Below are positions 61,001 through 64,000 of a stretch of DNA of 64,000 nucleotides, one piece after another. How positions within the stretch are numbered: the stretch's first letter is position 1; each line of letters opens with the position of its first letter. The notes under the pieces are model-generated. The model was not told the origin of the DNA. It was given only the letters and a program-made list of their open reading frames with translations, and ran no database searches. This DNA comes from an uncultured Clostridia bacterium (GTDB taxonomy: Bacteria; Bacillota; Clostridia; Christensenellales; CAG-917). Location: positions 1,377-65,376 of the forward strand of contig CAUSLO010000002.1 in the NCBI GenBank assembly GCA_963532875.1. Reading direction: 5' to 3'. The translations under genes were made by a program, and so were the position numbers.

Positions 61001-64000
61001 ACTTCTCTTGTGTTCATTTCTTAAGTCAAAGTTTACACTTACTCTATATCTATTAAATGTAACTACAACTTCTATATCAAAGCCTTTATATTCTTGCTTA
61101 ATTGATAACAGATACTTCCCACCTGTTTCTTTGATTTCACCAATATTCCCCATATCTTGTTCTGGATTTTCTAAATATAGATATGAATAATCAATACCTG
61201 ATATGTAATCTGGTCTTGTAAATGGGGTTATATCTGCTTTCTTACTTGGATCTGTTTCACCTTTCTTAAAGTAATAGTCTCTTTCTCCATCAGCACCAAG
61301 TTCATATTCTGGTCCCTGAATGTATGAATTATGATTATGTGTTGTATATTTGCCATCAGTTCCTTGTGTTCTAACTAGTACGTGTACTTTTGTATATATC
61401 GCTTGTCCAAATATTGGAATCAATGTTATATCACGCCCAGTCATTATATATTCTGCACTTATAATATTCTCGTCGCTATCCTTTATATATTTAATCATTG
61501 CTGGTGATATTTCTTTCTTTACACCACCATCTAGATATCTCCAACCTAAGAACTTATCTCCTGGTTTACCAGTTGGAAGATTTAAAGTTATCTTGTGTAG
61601 ATATCTAGCCTTCTTTGGGGCATCACTTGGCAACGATGCTGCTGTTCCCTTTTCGTATTTAATTTTGAATTCTTTTGGCTTATAGTCAATAATGATTTCA
61701 GTTCCTCTTTCGTAATTAATATCGCCACTCACTAAATTTGATACTTCCCCTGACTCCACCATTGTATCTTTAACTTTTGCTGTATATTTGTCTGCTTCAT
61801 ATACTGGGCTATCACCTAATAACTGAGATGGTGTTTTTATTTTCTCTATTTCTTCTTTAAGGTTGATTGGATGCAATCCACGATCTGTTACTTCTACTTC
61901 TTTTGAATACTCTTCATAATCTTGTATTACAAAATCAAGTTCGCCAAGTCCCTTCTTCTCATAATCTGATACTCCACCATTTTCTGCTAATTGTGCAACA
62001 TTATCAGCAACTCCATTTTCAGTGTAGTTATAATTTAATTTGAATTTTATCTTACTTGTATATCTCTTAATAAATACTTCAAACTTATTCTTTTGTGTTT
62101 TACTTATTGTTATCTGAGTTGAATCATATACATCGTTATTAATCGCTTCAAAATTGAATACTCTTGTTAAATTGTTCCAAAGTACTGATTCTGCAGGGTC
62201 TTTGCCTAGTTCTGATTTAATTTTTTCTTGTAACTTTGTTTTTAAAACATTGTTATTAAATTCATATACAGAGTTATATTCTTTTTCAATTGTTTGTATG
62301 AAATTGTATGTCAATCTATATTTCAAATCTGCATTCCCATTAACTGTTTTATCTCCAGCCTTAGGGTCTGACAAATATGCTTTAACGTATAACTTTTGTT
62401 CTTGATGCCATACTGGGTATAGGTCAATTATCTTCTTATTGTCTACGTTGTCTTTATTTGTATATGTATCTAAGTCAAAGTATCCATTAACACAATATTC
62501 ATTATATATTGGATTTACTGGCTTCCATCCTAGCAATGTGATTTTACCGATTTCATCTGTAGCGTCCGTAAACGTATGCGTTGTCCCTGGTTGATTTTTC
62601 CCTTGAAGTACATCAGAAATTTTATCATCATATTTTACTTGTACTTCTTTATCAAACTTCCTCGAGAACTCTTCACCTGTTAAGACACCTTCTCCGCTTT
62701 CTGACTCATGGAATTTTATAATGTTACGAGACCTTTTATATTTTACTTGAAATATCATTAGGTCATTTGTCTCATATGTTACGTCATCTATGTTTTCGTA
62801 TTCTACGGCGGTTAGTTCATTTATTAGGTTTGGCATATTTTCAAATGTCTTATCAACAGCACCTTGCTTAAATCTTTTAATGATGCCATTTAAGTCATTA
62901 ATTTTGCCTCCATTAATAAATGAATAGCCATCTACACCATGAACTAGTATTTTGCTATGCAATTGTTCGTATACATCGCTTGTACTTGTTTCTCTATAGT
63001 ATTTCAAAACAAGTTTTCTTTTATCTGTAGATGTATCAGCAACGGCTTTGAATGTGATTATTCCATCATCACTTATTGCATCCTCGTTTAAGTCATATTG
63101 TGTCGACTCAAAAATTGAAGTACTAAACTTTCTATCTACCTTTCTGGTAACTTGCCAATAATCGAACAATCTACCACCATCAAGAGTAATTGGGTTGATT
63201 GTAACCTTATCCCTAAATTTGAAATCTAGTGTTGAAAGTCCAAGTCTTTCTTTTGATACAGTACGTCCTGTATCATCAACAAATTTAAATTGATATGTCT
63301 TTCTGTTATACCTAAAGATGGCTGTGTAGTTTGTACTTCCATCATCTAATATGTTTCCATCAGTCTTCTTAATTTGAGTTATTTTATCTGAAGTGTAGAA
63401 TATTTCTGGTTTCTTTTCATATCCTTTTGAATTCTTATCCCAGCCCGCTTGGTCTAGCATTTTCAAACGTTTATCTCTTTGTTGTGAATATGCGTCATAT
63501 GTCCTTGTTGAGATACTTTCCCCTTCTTTAGAATTGTGTGTAATCAATGATTTTTCTAGTCTTGCGAAATTCTCATCACTTGCGTATACGTTATCCGCAA
63601 TCTCGAATTCATATTTTATATTGACGTTTACTTTTCTTCTTCCAGTATTTAAAAATGCATAAATGTATGTAGACTGATTAATTGGAATGTTCTCACCTTC
63701 ACCTATCTTGTCATATGTTCCTTCATCAAAAGTATCTAATAAAGTAGGTGAATGCCCCCATTCTTTATAACTAGTTCCTGAGGCATTTTGGATTGTATAA
63801 GTACTTTCCTTATACAATTCAGTTTTAATTAATGTTTTCTTATCGTCCCTTACTTCAAATGTTAGTACTGGGTATGGTGATTTGTCAGTTGTGTTATTAA
63901 TTAATTCAAGATACTTTGCTTGATCTATTGACTCTTTACGCTTGCTATCTTCTGCTAGATCAAAATCAAAGTTGCCTTTATTTTTTAAAATTGATTTGTA
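58088..64000 (-). CDS. giant repeat-modular secreted/surface-type protein (>=1970 aa in the window; N-terminus beyond the right edge)
   Basis: The track gives 1909 aa from an internal TTG at 63817. My hand check shows the same frame stays open from 63818 to 64000 (...KGNFDFDLAEDSKRKESIDQAKYLELINNTTDKSPYPVLTFEVRDDKKTLIKTEL-YKESTY...). The protein has recurrent F-x-G-W modules and three C-terminal tandem repeats. Confidence 0.85.
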   Translation of the reverse strand, partial: YKSILKNKGNFDFDLAEDSKRKESIDQAKYLELINNTTDKSPYPVLTFEVRDDKKTLIKTELYKESTYTIQNASGTSYKEWGHSPTLLDTFDEGTYDKIGEGENIPINQSTYIYAFLNTGRRKVNVNIKYEFEIADNVYASDENFARLEKSLITHNSKEGESISTRTYDAYSQQRDKRLKMLDQAGWDKNSKGYEKKPEIFYTSDKITQIKKTDGNILDDGSTNYTAIFRYNRKTYQFKFVDDTGRTVSKERLGLSTLDFKFRDKVTINPITLDGGRLFDYWQVTRKVDRKFSTSIFESTQYDLNEDAISDDGIITFKAVADTSTDKRKLVLKYYRETSTSDVYEQLHSKILVHGVDGYSFINGGKINDLNGIIKRFKQGAVDKTFENMPNLINELTAVEYENIDDVTYETNDLMIFQVKYKRSRNIIKFHESESGEGVLTGEEFSRKFDKEVQVKYDDKISDVLQGKNQPGTTHTFTDATDEIGKITLLGWKPVNPIYNEYCVNGYFDLDTYTNKDNVDNKKIIDLYPVWHQEQKLYVKAYLSDPKAGDKTVNGNADLKYRLTYNFIQTIEKEYNSVYEFNNNVLKTKLQEKIKSELGKDPAESVLWNNLTRVFNFEAINNDVYDSTQITISKTQKNKFEVFIKRYTSKIKFKLNYNYTENGVADNVAQLAENGGVSDYEKKGLGELDFVIQDYEEYSKEVEVTDRGLHPINLKEEIEKIKTPSQLLGDSPVYEADKYTAKVKDTMVESGEVSNLVSGDINYERGTEIIIDYKPKEFKIKYEKGTAASLPSDAPKKARYLHKITLNLPTGKPGDKFLGWRYLDGGVKKEISPAMIKYIKDSDENIISAEYIMTGRDITLIPIFGQAIYTKVHVLVRTQGTDGKYTTHNHNSYIQGPEYELGADGERDYYFKKGETDPSKKADITPFTRPDYISGIDYSYLYLENPEQDMGNIGEIKETGGKYLLSIKQEYKGFDIEVVVTFNRYRVSVNFDLRNEHKRSGIEVRGMPSPTTVYVGGGLSSNEEYSPQGLDVTVGGVKYPTFFRGYSELDTASAEATNPTNISFDKEEYKRFGATVTFYARWHAVQGVPIYAGMQFETVAGGSYEHVVDDIALDGEYKLPFDGQLGSKVIPNEYRSAIARKLSDVIKRPYVSEANQITYDGNGDDEFDLRLDKNIFTYRMKRKRVTVQFSMPTGSSPSSIAEQTVIFGAKMAPIPTSVTYRQSGWDSETFASLKHFSEQGINYIENYAEDAPKFDHINHVFDRDEDFAQPTKVLYPMWNRAQKVPIMLRVYGQKTSGPGLDNTAEGMQESYIAGIRKTDGEQIKPSELVEFIRSKMNTTIYNSNDIQFKRNGVDLAINSPIDVSVPNIGLDVILIRNIRTVTLNTDATVKIDKLKGHQSVSNNNKIISYRHGYIFDGNEEPYVDDTTDDAFVGWKNGSTRYLFNNSNQVTANVILTLKTRWRYSYVNIDVDGLTATNLRYQSDGIDGALSGSTIRLKIYEQKFPYTLKNLVYSGLLYSNKIQDYAEQNGYTSNSTINKSGETYHTKVKYGVKPGATVKIGLNGITATSLRYDHDGIVAYASGNNITVNIPFRKFATNVYELQDLKYSGAMYTSQISDYVNQTGYTGNIRITESGKTYDVQVKYQKKPDAKVEINLQGIRGDNLRYSADGITGYRNYDTINISVPYKKFATSPYTLKPLVSDNNNDLYLDSTHKGITLNGYASHAINEEGKQYRIWAHYTDKSKDRYIGYYPQSRYYPSGEPKVSGDGDETFSKYVKYSTIYTTTVYYKGEKYERVNISGQYRYYKYEYVHLDEFPTNNAQKWTKKTLEVSVLNAEDGSNNYASSYLKEYLDKVVKVKMRVALVVMPKISGRDVIEFNDNVGWYNNNVPRSKMKYNGITDYGTLLYEHYGSLRGINSYQKGDSQISNVYQFTRLATACADGNSMWVLYPDGHFSWWTPIQLLGMRPAVRVN
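58766..59605 (-). repeat. three tandem, diverged ~91-95-aa protein repeats inside the giant gene
   Basis: Repeat 1 is VNIDVDGLTATNLRYQSDGI...YSGLLYSNKIQDYAEQNGYTSNSTINKSGETYHTKVKYGVKPGAT. Repeat 2 is VKIGLNGITATSLRYDHDGI...YSGAMYTSQISDYVNQTGYTGNIRITESGKTYDVQVKYQKKPDAK. Repeat 3 is VEINLQGIRGDNLRYSADGI... Confidence 0.8.

Overview
The window is a visibly AT-rich, almost gap-free chromosomal segment. It looks like a low-GC, reduced-genome Bacillota/Mycoplasmatota-type bacterium, judged from gene content and synteny; I cannot name the species. The standard genetic code applies: TGA ends dxr and TAG ends cdsA, both at normal protein lengths. I call 55 CDS, 53 of them on the minus strand, plus one tRNA-Thr(GGU), one FMN riboswitch and a few terminators and promoters. 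Content is overwhelmingly housekeeping. From left to right it reads addBA, pncB, lgt, ligA-pcrA, then the rpsB-tsf-pyrH-frr-uppS-cdsA-dxr-ispG block. Next come ruvX-rarA, recX-ilvE-tyrS-tsaC, dnaB-pgpH-ybeY-era-recO, icd and rimI-tsaB-tsaE. The right part holds obg-nadD, nfnAB-like, nth, glyA-hisS-hslU and grpE-dnaJ. Many genes are chained by 1-nt (TAATG) or 4-nt (ATGA) overlaps. I saw no IS element, prophage, CRISPR array, toxin-antitoxin pair or recognisable defence island, and I did not recognise a clear-cut new multi-gene system. What stands out is a set of unusual architectures: (1) an FMN riboswitch in front of a RibU-TsaE fusion, with tsaB-rimI coupled behind it; (2) a single-polypeptide NadD-YqeK-RsfS fusion; (3) a 532-aa PolC-like N-terminal/OB/exonuclease protein without PHP or polymerase domains, sitting where polC normally lies; (4) a giant (>=1970 aa, truncated by the window edge) repeat-modular surface-type protein; (5) a 511-aa GrpE with a ~360-aa Gln-rich coiled-coil extension, abutting a DnaJ that lacks the G/F region, with no dnaK between them; (6) a DUF1292/YrzB-type protein with a Cys/His-rich tail; (7) three small membrane ORFs in one reading frame separated only by TAG codons. 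The ORF track uses TTG/GTG as starts, so several of its N-termini are over-extended; corrected starts are given where I could justify them.
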